Assembly: GCA_963785725.1 (NCBI GenBank) | Contig: CAWAWS010000014.1 | Location: 224,001 to 288,000, forward strand | DNA length: 64,000 bases | Direction of reading: 5' to 3' | Origin: an uncultured delta proteobacterium | Lineage (GTDB): Bacteria > Myxococcota_A > Polyangia > Palsa-1104 | Position numbers and translations under genes: made by a program | Notes under the pieces: model-generated | What the model was told of the DNA's origin: nothing | Seen by the model: only the letters and a program-made list of their open reading frames with translations | Databases searched by the model: none | Shown: positions 49,341-58,681 of the stretch, one piece after another | Layout: the number at the start of each line of letters is the position of its first letter | Position numbering within the stretch: the stretch's first letter is position 1

Positions 49341-50045
49341 ATGGCGTTGCAGCGCGAGTTCAAGCAAAAGCGCGCGGCGGCGACGTTCGATTCGCTGGTC
49401 GCGGCGGCGGCGCGGGTATTCGCGCGGCGCGGCTTCGAAGCCGCGCAAACGCCGGAAATAGCGGCCGAAGCCGGCGTTTCGACGGGCGCGCTCTATCGCT
49501 ACTTCAAGGACAAGCGGGCGGTGTTCGTGGAGGTCGTCACGCAGCATCTGCAGCTGTCGCACGAAGAGGTGATGGCCAAGCTGACGCCCGAGCGCTTCAC
49601 GGCCGGCGGCGCCGACGCGAAAGCGGCGATCGAGCTGGTCATCGACGTGCTGTTCGAGCGCGTCCGTCGCGATGCCGACCTCGAGCGCGTCTACGTGGCG
49701 ATGTCGTACTCGGATCCCGAGGTTCGGCAGCTGCGCGCGGAGTACGAGACGCGCGGTTGTGTAGCGTTGGCGCGGCTGATCGATCTCGTCATCGCGCCCG
49801 GTGTCGTCGCTGATTCGACGGCGGCGGCGCGCGTCATCGGCATCGCGGCGGTGGAAGTGGCGGCCGATCGCGCCGGCTTGCGGCCGCGCGCGGGCGACGT
49901 CGGCAGCGACGCCGCGGTCAAGGCCGCGCTGCGCGAGATGCTCCACCGCTACCTGTTTCCGGCGAGCGCGACGGGGACATCGACCGCGTCGCCCTCGGCA
50001 GCGACGCCGGCTGCGCCCGCGAAACGGCGGCGCGCCAAGCGTTGA
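49341..50045 (+). CDS. TetR/AcrR family regulator
   Basis: AAARVFARRGF...EIAAEAGVSTGALYRYFKDK. Confidence 0.95.
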   Translation: MALQREFKQKRAAATFDSLVAAAARVFARRGFEAAQTPEIAAEAGVSTGALYRYFKDKRAVFVEVVTQHLQLSHEEVMAKLTPERFTAGGADAKAAIELVIDVLFERVRRDADLERVYVAMSYSDPEVRQLRAEYETRGCVALARLIDLVIAPGVVADSTAAARVIGIAAVEVAADRAGLRPRAGDVGSDAAVKAALREMLHRYLFPASATGTSTASPSAATPAAPAKRRRAKR

Positions 50046-50099
50046 CGCTCGCCATCCGTCATAGCGGACGGACGCGCGCCATCGGCCGGTTCGTCCGTT

Positions 50100-51224
50100 T
50101 TAGCGGATCTTGGGCGAAGGCTCGACGCGCGTGCCGTAGCGGTTGAGCATGGCGATGGCGCGCGGCAACGGAATCGGCATGTGGACGGCGCGGCGCGCGA
50201 GCTCGCGGCGCTCGGGATAGTGCTCGCGATAGGCGCGGAAGGCGGCGCCGCGCGCGTCGGCGGGGCCGGCGACGAGGGCGCGCAAGGCGGCGTCATCGGC
50301 GGCGGGATCGTAGCCGGCGGCCACCGCTTCCAGCGCGGCCAGCACGCCGTCTTCGCGCCACGTGACGACGAGCGGCGAGGGCGCGGGCGGTAGCGAATCG
50401 GTCGTGCGCCACGTCGGCGCGCGGCCCAAGAATTGGCAGGCGGCGTCGTAGATCATTTGCGTGCCGTTGGCTTTGCCGTCGAGCGAGTGGCCGGCGATGT
50501 GCGGCGTGGCGACGACGGCGCGGGCGACGAGCGCCGGATCGGGCGACGGCTCGCCGGCGAACACGTCGAGCAGGATCGGGTTGGCGACGGCGAGGGCCGG
50601 CGCGCCGGCCAGCACTTCGCCGCGGCAGGCGTTGACGAGCCAGGCGTCGGGCCGCAGCCGGCGCGCGTCGACGAGATCGACGGTCGCGTCCACGCCCGAC
50701 TTCGTCAGCGGCACGTGCAAGGTCACCAGATCGCAGCGCGCCAAGATCTCGTCGAGCGTGACGAATCCGGCGGCGCCTTCGGCGCGGGCGCGCGGTGGAT
50801 CGCACAAGAGCGGCGGCGGGACGTCGAGCGCGCGCCACAGCCGCTCGATGCGCTTGCCGACATTGCCGACGCCGACGATGCCGAGCTGCCGCGCCGCCAA
50901 ATTGGGCACGCGGGCGACGGCGGCGGCGAACCATTGCACGACCGAGTCGGCGTTGGAGCCGGGCGCGGAGGCCCAGGTGATGCCGGCGCCGTCGAGCCAG
51001 GCGCCGTCGATGTGGTCGATGCCGATGGTGGCGGTGGCGACGAAGCGGACGCGACTGCCGGCGAGCAGTGCTTCGTTGACCTTGACGGTGGAGCGCGTCA
51101 ACAACATATCGGCGTCGCGAACGGCTGCGCGCGTGATCTCCGACGAGCGCAGCGTGATGACGTCGCCGAGCGGGCCGAAGGCGTCCTGGACATACGAGAT
51201 GTTGGCGTCGGCGACGATACGCAT
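50100..51224 (-). CDS. pdxB: Erythronate-4-phosphate dehydrogenase
   Basis: MRIVADANI, TRSTVKV, ATATIGIDHID, GVGNVG, NACRGEV, TPHIAGHSLDGK. Confidence 0.9.
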   Translation of the reverse strand: MRIVADANISYVQDAFGPLGDVITLRSSEITRAAVRDADMLLTRSTVKVNEALLAGSRVRFVATATIGIDHIDGAWLDGAGITWASAPGSNADSVVQWFAAAVARVPNLAARQLGIVGVGNVGKRIERLWRALDVPPPLLCDPPRARAEGAAGFVTLDEILARCDLVTLHVPLTKSGVDATVDLVDARRLRPDAWLVNACRGEVLAGAPALAVANPILLDVFAGEPSPDPALVARAVVATPHIAGHSLDGKANGTQMIYDAACQFLGRAPTWRTTDSLPPAPSPLVVTWREDGVLAALEAVAAGYDPAADDAALRALVAGPADARGAAFRAYREHYPERRELARRAVHMPIPLPRAIAMLNRYGTRVEPSPKIR

Positions 51225-51263
51225 GCGCTGCATCATAAGCCGATCCTATGCTAGGAATCTTGC

Positions 51264-52211
51264 ATGCCGACGCTGCAAGAGGTCCGCGCCATCCACGATC
51301 TGCCCTTGCCGGAGCTGCTCTTTCGCGCTCACGGTGTCCATCGCCAGCATCACGCCGCCAACGAGGTCCAGCTGTGCACGCTCCTGTCGGTCAAGACCGG
51401 CGGCTGCCAAGAAGACTGCGCTTATTGTCCGCAGAGCGCGCATTACGAGACGCCGGTCAGCGCCGAGAAGTCGCTCGCCGTCGCCGAGGTGCTCGACGCG
51501 GCGCAGAAGGCGCACGAGTCGGGCGCGACGCGGTTTTGCATGGGCGCGGCCTGGCGCGAGGTCAAGGACGGCCCCGCGTTCGACAACGTGCTGTCGATGG
51601 TGCGCGGCGTGAAGAACCTGGGCATGGAAGCGTGCGTGACGCTGGGCATGCTCAACGACGATCAAGCGCGGCGGCTCAAAGAGGCCGGCTTGACGGCGTA
51701 TAACCACAACCTCGACACCTCGCGCCAGCACTACAAGTCGATCATCTCGACGCGCACCTACGACGACCGCCTGGCGACGCTCGATCGCGTGCGCCGCGCG
51801 GGAATCACCGTGTGCTCGGGCGGCATCATCGGCATGGGCGAGTCGATCGACGATCGCTGCGCCATGCTGCAGACGCTAGCCGAGCTGTCGCCGCAGCCGG
51901 AGAGCGTGCCCATCAACACGCTCGTGGCGACGCCGGGGACGCCGCTGGCGGACCTGCCGCCGGTCGAGCCGATGGAGCTGGTGCGCATGATCGCGACGGC
52001 GCGCATCCTGATCCCGAAAGCGCGCGTGCGGCTGTCGGCGGGGCGCATGGCGCTCAACAAAGAGGCGCAGCTGCTCTGCTTCTTTGCCGGCGCCAACTCG
52101 ATCTTCTACGGCGAGAAGCTCTTGACCACGGGCAACCCGGACGTATCTGAAGATCAGGCGTTGCTCGCTTCGGCGGGCCTCAAAGCGGCGCCGTTGGAGG
52201 CTACTCCGTGA
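51264..52211 (+). CDS. bioB: Biotin synthase
   Basis: [11 protein letters not shown] radical SAM motif, [37 protein letters not shown]. Confidence 0.97.
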   Translation: MPTLQEVRAIHDLPLPELLFRAHGVHRQHHAANEVQLCTLLSVKTGGCQEDCAYCPQSAHYETPVSAEKSLAVAEVLDAAQKAHESGATRFCMGAAWREVKDGPAFDNVLSMVRGVKNLGMEACVTLGMLNDDQARRLKEAGLTAYNHNLDTSRQHYKSIISTRTYDDRLATLDRVRRAGITVCSGGIIGMGESIDDRCAMLQTLAELSPQPESVPINTLVATPGTPLADLPPVEPMELVRMIATARILIPKARVRLSAGRMALNKEAQLLCFFAGANSIFYGEKLLTTGNPDVSEDQALLASAGLKAAPLEATP

Positions 52212-52462
52212 CCGTGACCGTGAAGCGAATGCTGTTGGCGTCGGTCGGCGCATTCGCGCTGTTGGGGCTGACGGCGGCGCCGGCGCAGGCGAAGAAAAAG
52301 AAGAAGCCGACGCCGGCGGCGACGGTGCAGAAGTCGGCCGACGGGAACAAGATCCCGCCGGTGGGCGACAAGCGCACCAACGAGGGCGCGCAAGGGCGCA
52401 TGAACGCCACGGAAGACGCCGCGCAGCAGGCCGATTCGCCGCAGTTCGACCATCGTCCGTAA
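52208..52462 (+). CDS. Small secreted hypothetical protein
   Basis: GGAGG RBS, signal peptide ending AQA, overlaps the bioB stop. Confidence 0.65.
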   Translation: MTVTVKRMLLASVGAFALLGLTAAPAQAKKKKKPTPAATVQKSADGNKIPPVGDKRTNEGAQGRMNATEDAAQQADSPQFDHRP

Positions 52463-52531
52463 ATTCAGGCGCGCCAACCGTCCTCGTGTGTCGCGGATTT
52501 CTCGCGGCGGCGATCCTGTTATAGTTCGCTC

Positions 52532-52696
52532 GTGCGGATCTTGAAGTATCAGCCGAATCGGCGTCGTCTGTTGCGCGCGCTCTTGACGGTGGCCGTGGGG
52601 GCGCCGGCGCTGCTGCGCTTCGGGCGCGTGCTCGATCGACCGCGAACGATCGAGCCTAAAGATCTGCCGCCGATTCCGTGGATCGGGCACTGCTGA
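52532..52696 (+). CDS. Putative 54-aa peptide with a twin-arginine-like motif, ending WIGHC
   Basis: Manual translation VRILKYQPNRRRLLRALLTVAVGAPALLRFG...PPIPWIGHC. Confidence 0.4.
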   Translation: MRILKYQPNRRRLLRALLTVAVGAPALLRFGRVLDRPRTIEPKDLPPIPWIGHC

Positions 52697-53050
52697 CGGC
52701 GCGCGGCGCCGATCGCGGCGCCTAGCGTTCGAGCTCGGGCACCGGTCGTCGGAGCCCTTCTTCCGCTTGAAGCCGGCTCCGGCTCGATGACGTAGTCGTG
52801 CGACACCGGATAGTCGAAGACCTCGAGATTGGGCAGCTTCGCCAGATCGGCGAGCCGCGAACGACCTGCGTCACGCAGCGTGGAACGATCGGCGCGTGTA
52901 TCGTCAGCGAGACGATCGCGCGATCACTCGGCGTCGTCGGTGCGCGGCTTCCCCACAGTTCATGCACGAAACGGTTTCGATCGCGTAAACCTACGCGCAG
53001 AAATTTGCGTCGCACGAGAGACGAGCGCTCATGGAACGAGGAGGTCGACC

Positions 53051-53536
53051 ATGCGCATGCTCTCGCTCGTCCTGGCGTTGGGAATGGCAGTGCCGCACAA
53101 AGCGCGCGCCCGCTCGACGACGGCCGAGCCGCCGACGCGCGAGCCGCCGCCGCAGAAGCAGTCGCGCCGTCGCGTCGCGCGCACCGGGCTGCTCGCGCTG
53201 CCGCCGTCGCGCTCGCCGTGTGGGCGTCATCTCGTCGAGGTCGACGGTGGCAGCGTCTACGTCGACGGCCGGCGCGTGCATCCGGCGACGGGCGCGGTCG
53301 AGCTGCTCGCGCCGCCGACGTGGCGCGACGATGGCGACGCCGTCGCCTGGCTCGAGCGCGGCGGCGGCGAGACGCGGCTCATCGTGCTGCCGCAGCTGTC
53401 GGCGCAAGCGGACGCGCTCGCTTGGCCGCTGCCGCGCGCGCTCGGCGGCGAGCAGGTCCACTGGGCCGGCACGCGTCGCGTCGTGGTCGGCCCGCAGATG
53501 CTGGATCCGCGCGCGGTCGCCAGCTGGAGCGAATGA
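53051..53536 (+). CDS. Hypothetical secreted protein
   Basis: GAGGAGG RBS; signal-peptide-like N-terminus. Confidence 0.6.
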   Translation: MRMLSLVLALGMAVPHKARARSTTAEPPTREPPPQKQSRRRVARTGLLALPPSRSPCGRHLVEVDGGSVYVDGRRVHPATGAVELLAPPTWRDDGDAVAWLERGGGETRLIVLPQLSAQADALAWPLPRALGGEQVHWAGTRRVVVGPQMLDPRAVASWSE

Positions 53537-53623
53537 CGCGGCCGCCGTGGCGACGCGCGAACGCTTACTCGTCGTAGCGGCCGTACCTCCGCAAAGTTGC
53601 TTCTCGATCCACCCGAGCGCCGC

Positions 53624-53746
53624 TCACCGCGGCGCTTGCAGCTGCGCCTTGCGCGCCACCGCCTGTCGCTTCATCACGATCGCCATCCCAAAGCTAGCCG
53701 CCGTCGCGATGATCACGAGCAGCGCCACGATCTTCCAGCCGCTCAT
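53624..53746 (-). CDS. 40-aa single-TM peptide
   Basis: MSGWKIVALLVIIATAASFGMAIVMKRQ...; ATGA overlap with the hydrolase stop. Confidence 0.5.
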   Translation of the reverse strand: MSGWKIVALLVIIATAASFGMAIVMKRQAVARKAQLQAPR

Positions 53747-54570
53747 TTGACCCCGCCGCCGACGCGCGCCAACCACGCCTCCAGCACGTCGCTGAAATGC
53801 GCCGGCTCGTCCCACATGATCCAATGCGCCGCCTCGGGAAACACCTCGACCGTCAGCTTCGGCGCGTGGCCAAACCCCGCCTCGGCCAGCTCTTGCGCGC
53901 GCGGCTGCTTGCCCGGCATCAGCTCCTTCGTCGCCATCAGCAGCACCGGCATCGTCAGCGCCTTGCCGCCATCGCCGAGCGCGCCCGTCGCCAGCGCATC
54001 GATGTAACCCATCAGCGTCGCCGTCGACGTCTTGTCGAGCGACGGCCTCAGCCGCTCCATGTTCCCCGGCTTCATCATGCTGCCGTACCAGCGCGGCACG
54101 ATCGCATCGCGGTTCGCCTGCAGCTTCTGCTTCAGCTCCGCCGCGCCCGCCGCATCGAACGTGACGCCGATGCCCATGTCGACGACGACCAGCGCCGCCA
54201 CCAGCTCCGCATGCCGCTCCGCCAAATGCGCCGCCACGCCGCCGCCGAGCGAGTGGCCGATGACGATCGCCGGCGTCGCCTTCTCCGCGCGCAGCAGCGC
54301 CGCCAAATCATCCGCGATCGCATCCAAGCTCGGCCGGGCGACCGCCGGCGTTTGCCCATGTCCCGGCAGATCGACCGCGATCACCGTGTGCGACTTGGCC
54401 AGCCGCGCGCTCACCTCGCGCCATTCGTTGCGATCGCCGCCCAGGCAATGCACGAGCAGCACCGCCGGCCCCGAGCCGACGCGCGAGTGCGCCAGCTCGC
54501 CCGCATTCGCCGTGGCTTGCGTCGTCATCATCAGTCCTCCAAGCAGGGCGAGCAGCGCCGGCAGCTTCAC
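53743..54570 (-). CDS. Alpha/beta hydrolase with signal peptide
   Basis: DLPGHG, GHSLGG nucleophile elbow, AAHWIM catalytic His. Confidence 0.88.
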   Translation of the reverse strand: MKLPALLALLGGLMMTTQATANAGELAHSRVGSGPAVLLVHCLGGDRNEWREVSARLAKSHTVIAVDLPGHGQTPAVARPSLDAIADDLAALLRAEKATPAIVIGHSLGGGVAAHLAERHAELVAALVVVDMGIGVTFDAAGAAELKQKLQANRDAIVPRWYGSMMKPGNMERLRPSLDKTSTATLMGYIDALATGALGDGGKALTMPVLLMATKELMPGKQPRAQELAEAGFGHAPKLTVEVFPEAAHWIMWDEPAHFSDVLEAWLARVGGGVK

Positions 54571-56474
54571 TTCTTCTTCTCGTCGTCGGGATAGCCCTTG
54601 GCCATGTCCTCGAGCTCGAGCTTCTTGCCGTTGTCGCCGAACGAGATGTCCTCGTCGTCGGTGAACCCTTCGGTGGCGTCGCCGTCGTCCTTGATGTTCG
54701 TCGGCGCCGCCTTGCCCTCGAACGTGCCTTCGCCGCCGATGCCTGCCGACGCCGTCTTGGCATTGCGCATCTGATCGTGCAGCCAGACGATGAACGTGAT
54801 CGGATGATAGTTCCACACGATCTTGTCCGCCGGCAGCTGCGCCTTGTCCTGCACCTCGTCGGTCCACCACAACACCGGCTCGATCTGATCGCGGAACATC
54901 TGCGCCCGCTGCGGCTTCGGCAGCGTCGCAAAATCGCGCGTCTTGTTCAGCGCCACCAGCCAATCGTTGTTGTCGGCCCACTCGCTCACGTGATGCACGG
55001 CCAGCTTGCGGAACGCCTCGCGCTGCGGATCGGCCTTGAAGAAATTGACCATCTCCGTGCGCGACAAGAGGCCGTCTTTCTTGCCGCCGGCGGTCGGCTT
55101 GTCGATGCGACCGACGATCTCCGGCGCGTCGCAAAAGCGGCTCATGCCCGAGCCCTCGACGAGCGTCCAAAAGCCGGGCTCGATCTTCTCGCCGATCTCG
55201 TCGCCGCTCATGATCTCGACGTGCAGCTGACCATCCATGCGCCCGGGCGGACCGGCTTCACCGACGTGACCGACGAGATCGCCGGCCGACACGTCGATGT
55301 CGAGCGGCACCGGATCGTCGGCCAATTGCTGCTGCGCCGTCTTGTACCAAGCGGGCACGTCACCTTGCGCCGACGGCTCTTGATCGAGATGAAACAGGAG
55401 CGTCCAGAAGCGAATCTGCGCCGAGCCGACGATCGTATCGGTGCGAATGAGCACGAAGTTGCGCGAGCCGACCGGGCACTCGTCGGTCATGCGCGCGGCC
55501 ACGATCTTGCCCGAAAACGGCGCGTAAACCGGCGTTCCCTGCGCGGCGCGCAGGTGCACGCCGCCGTGCCACAGTCGCGTCGCGCCGAACGGGCCGACCG
55601 GGTAATAACCGCCTTCGCCCTCCGATTCGTTATTCTCGAATAACGCGTTGGCGATTTCTTCCGCCTTATCCGGCTCCTCCGGCACATCGGGCTTGGAGCC
55701 GATGATGACGACGGGAAACACGCTGCGACCGCGAATCTTGCTCGCGAAAAACTTGAAGTCGAATGGACCGGGATCCCATTTCTGATCGGTGACGTGATAA
55801 TGGCCTAAATAACCGGCATATTCGCGCACGTCGCCGGACAACGAGCCCCACATCTGATCGCTGCCGTTGGTCGGATAGCTCTGCGGCAAGTTGGGGAAGA
55901 TGCGCGCCAGCGTCTTGCCGACGGAGATCATGCTGTCCATCTGCGCTTTGGTGTACGCGTAAGCGAGCCATTGGTGACCGTTGATCTTGCAGGTCACCTT
56001 GTCGCGCTTGCCGTGATAGTCGTTGGGGAAGCGCATGGCGTCGCCGCGGTTGGCGAGCTCGACACCGACGGAGATCTCGTTCACGCCCGCCGCCTGAAAC
56101 GCGCAGTCGACCAGATCGAGCGTCTGAAACACGGTGCCGTCGTTGTCGATGAGGAAGTGCACCGACAGCCCGCGCTCGTTGTGCAAGACCTGGAAACAGG
56201 TGCGCGAATCTTGGCAGCCGTCATGATGCACCACGAACTGCCGCACCACCTGCTTCAGGCGATCGATCGAGCGATCGGCGCCGATGAGCCGGCGCGGCCG
56301 CCAGCGATCGCGAATGCCGGCCATGCCTTTGGCCGGCTGAAAAGGCGGCACTTCCGACGGCTTGTCGGTGCGATGCGGCGTGTACGCGTTGACGCCCGGA
56401 TCGTCCTCGAACGTGACGACGCGCTGGCCGATGTCGTACTTCTTGCCGCAGACGATGATGCTGGAGCCCGGCAT
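54567..56474 (-). CDS. N-acetylmuramoyl-L-alanine amidase + M23-like domain fusion
   Basis: VVHHD, SVHFLID.DG...Q, SVGVE, GHYH...KWDPG; then WHGGVHL...VYAPFSG..VAAR, GHVG, LHVEI. Confidence 0.8.
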   Translation of the reverse strand: MPGSSIIVCGKKYDIGQRVVTFEDDPGVNAYTPHRTDKPSEVPPFQPAKGMAGIRDRWRPRRLIGADRSIDRLKQVVRQFVVHHDGCQDSRTCFQVLHNERGLSVHFLIDNDGTVFQTLDLVDCAFQAAGVNEISVGVELANRGDAMRFPNDYHGKRDKVTCKINGHQWLAYAYTKAQMDSMISVGKTLARIFPNLPQSYPTNGSDQMWGSLSGDVREYAGYLGHYHVTDQKWDPGPFDFKFFASKIRGRSVFPVVIIGSKPDVPEEPDKAEEIANALFENNESEGEGGYYPVGPFGATRLWHGGVHLRAAQGTPVYAPFSGKIVAARMTDECPVGSRNFVLIRTDTIVGSAQIRFWTLLFHLDQEPSAQGDVPAWYKTAQQQLADDPVPLDIDVSAGDLVGHVGEAGPPGRMDGQLHVEIMSGDEIGEKIEPGFWTLVEGSGMSRFCDAPEIVGRIDKPTAGGKKDGLLSRTEMVNFFKADPQREAFRKLAVHHVSEWADNNDWLVALNKTRDFATLPKPQRAQMFRDQIEPVLWWTDEVQDKAQLPADKIVWNYHPITFIVWLHDQMRNAKTASAGIGGEGTFEGKAAPTNIKDDGDATEGFTDDEDISFGDNGKKLELEDMAKGYPDDEKKK

Positions 56475-58069
56475 TATTCGATCCTGAATTTCATTTGCGT
56501 GTTACCGAAGCGCAGGAGATCGCCGTCGTTCAGGCGAGTCGGCTGCGCGATGCGCTGGCTGTTCACGAAGGTGCCGTTCGTCGAGCCCAAGTCGGTGACG
56601 ACGAACAGAGTCCCGCGCTGCGCCAGCTCGGCGTGGCGCGTGGAGACGGCGGGGTCGTCGCCGATCTGCAGCGACGACGGGCCTTTGCCGACGCTGACCG
56701 GCTGCGCGCCGACGTCGACGCGCTGGCCGGCGAGCGCGCCCGAGACGACGATGAGCACGCCGCGCGCCGTCGCCGCCGTCGGCTCGACGCGACCGGCGAC
56801 CGCGACCGGCGCGATCGGCTGCGGCGCCGGCTGAGCCGCCGGCGGCGCCTGCGTTTGCGGCTGCGCCTTGCCGTCGCGATAGGGCGAAAACTTCATCGGC
56901 TTCTTCGGCCTGGCCGCCGCGCGCGAGAGGCCGACGGCGACCCCGCCACCGACGAGCACGAGCGCCGCCAACAGCCACAGCCACCAGGTGTGCGTTTCCG
57001 GCCCCGGACCCGGCGGACCGATGACCAGCACGTTCGAGGTCAGATCTTCCACCGCCAGCTGGAGCCTCTTGCCGTCGAGCGAACGGGTGTCGAGCTTGAA
57101 CGTCAACACGTACTGCTTGTTGAGCTCGTCGGTGAGCGTATCGATCTGCGCGCGCAGGTCTTCCGCCGTCTTGGCCCAGCGAAACGTGCCGTTCGAGCGC
57201 TTGGAAATTTCGCCCAGGTTGAGCAGCGGGCCGCGCTCATCCGTCGGCGAGAACGCGATCGTGTGGATCGGCACGTGCGCCCGCGCCGCCGCGTCGCCGA
57301 GCGCCTTGAACGTCTTGTGGTCCATCTGCGAGTTCAGCCCGTCGGACACGACGGCGATGAGCCGGCGCGCCTGGCGACCATCCGGGCGCGGCTTGTTGAG
57401 CTCGATGAGCGCCGCGTCGACCGCTTTGACGAGCGACAGATCGCCGGCTTCACCGTCGGTCGTGAGGTCATCGACGTCGCCGCCGACCGCGCCCGCCGGA
57501 CGAAAGGGCGGATGCGACGTGACGTCGGCGCCGTAGTCGACCAGCAGCACGCGCACCTTCGGGCTCAGCCCGTCGAGCAGCGCGTGCACGGCGTCCTTGA
57601 CCTTGTCGAGCGGCTCGCCGTCACCCGCGGGCACGACGACCGGCGCCGGCGGCGTGACCGGCGGCGCCGCCGGCTTGTGGCCCTTGAGCGCCTTCGTCGC
57701 CTTCGGTTTCGGCGGCAGCGGCGGCGGCACGACGATCTGCTTCGGCCCGTACAGCGCCGAGGACTCGACGACGAGCACCAGATCGAGCGGCTCGCCCGCG
57801 GGGCCGAACGGCTGCGCTTTGAGCGGCCGGCCCACGTTCTTGCCGTCGATGCGCAGCGTGAACGCCGGCGCCGCGTGGTCGTCGTCGACGTTGCCTTCGA
57901 GCTCGACGACGGACGCGTAGAGCCGCACCGTGCCGTCGTCGGCGAGCTGCGCGTCGTCGACGCGCTCGAGGCGCAGGCGTGGCTTCGACGCGCCGGCCAA
58001 GGTCGAGACGGCCAAGGTCGAGACGGCCAAGCCGAGAACGAGCAGCGACAGGCGGCGGCGCACGGTCAA
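56474..58069 (-). CDS. vWA domain + TM + FHA domain protein
   Basis: Signal peptide; LVLVVESS, VSDG vWA motifs; WWLWLL TM; VSTRHA...DLGSTNGTFVN FHA. Confidence 0.85.
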   Translation of the reverse strand: MTVRRRLSLLVLGLAVSTLAVSTLAGASKPRLRLERVDDAQLADDGTVRLYASVVELEGNVDDDHAAPAFTLRIDGKNVGRPLKAQPFGPAGEPLDLVLVVESSALYGPKQIVVPPPLPPKPKATKALKGHKPAAPPVTPPAPVVVPAGDGEPLDKVKDAVHALLDGLSPKVRVLLVDYGADVTSHPPFRPAGAVGGDVDDLTTDGEAGDLSLVKAVDAALIELNKPRPDGRQARRLIAVVSDGLNSQMDHKTFKALGDAAARAHVPIHTIAFSPTDERGPLLNLGEISKRSNGTFRWAKTAEDLRAQIDTLTDELNKQYVLTFKLDTRSLDGKRLQLAVEDLTSNVLVIGPPGPGPETHTWWLWLLAALVLVGGGVAVGLSRAAARPKKPMKFSPYRDGKAQPQTQAPPAAQPAPQPIAPVAVAGRVEPTAATARGVLIVVSGALAGQRVDVGAQPVSVGKGPSSLQIGDDPAVSTRHAELAQRGTLFVVTDLGSTNGTFVNSQRIAQPTRLNDGDLLRFGNTQMKFRIE

Positions 58070-58168
58070 CGGGCAAAACGCTAGCGCATCGGCCAGATCC
58101 CGTCGAGCCCTTGTACTTGTATTCCGGCGGGCGGGCCAGCGCCGTGCGCTAGGTCATCGACCTACGCG

Positions 58169-58453
58169 TCAGATCGTGTCGAGATCGTCGTTGCCGATGT
58201 TGGGGGCCCAGACGTGAACGGTGTGCTCGACGAGCTGCTCCTGCGCGAACGGATCGTCGGCGATGATGCGCGCGAGCTCGGCGTCGTCGTCGGTGCGCAA
58301 GAGCAGCGCGCCGCCCGTGCGCGGCACCAACGGGCCGGACGCGACCAGCTTTCGCCGCGCCTTCAAGCCGCGCAGATAGGCGCGATGGCGATCGACCGTT
58401 TCGTTCAACCGCTCCATCGGGACCAGATACCGCAGCACTACGTATGCGTACAT
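58169..58453 (-). CDS. YciI family protein
   Basis: HRAYL, ASGP..P.TGG, DDPF. Confidence 0.85.
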   Translation of the reverse strand: MYAYVVLRYLVPMERLNETVDRHRAYLRGLKARRKLVASGPLVPRTGGALLLRTDDDAELARIIADDPFAQEQLVEHTVHVWAPNIGNDDLDTI

Positions 58454-58681
58454 GAGGGCCCTCCGCCCGCTGATGTGTCGTCAGCTTGCTGACGTTCATA
58501 ACGCATCCGCTGTCGCGCGGCCACGCACTCGGCGGCACTCGTCCCTGCAGTAAGCGACCTGTTCAAAGGGTGTTAGCTGCCACACGTCTTACAAATTGAC
58601 GCCTACACGGAGGCATTGCGATTGTGTGACGCGAAAGCCGAATTACCAGAATCACACGCCAAACGTTGGAGGAGGTGCACC

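Noticed and set aside
52722..53015. Short ORFs on either strand
   Set aside because: No start, RBS or motif support; at most a degenerate remnant
53740..54400. C-rich + strand skew resembling the halo near the palindromic elements
   Set aside because: Milder, and no element adjacent; noted as a caveat that skew can arise without the repeat
57995..58030. 15-bp tandem repeat GGCCAAGGTCGAGAC
   Set aside because: In-frame duplication (LAVST x2) within a signal peptide; no further significance evident
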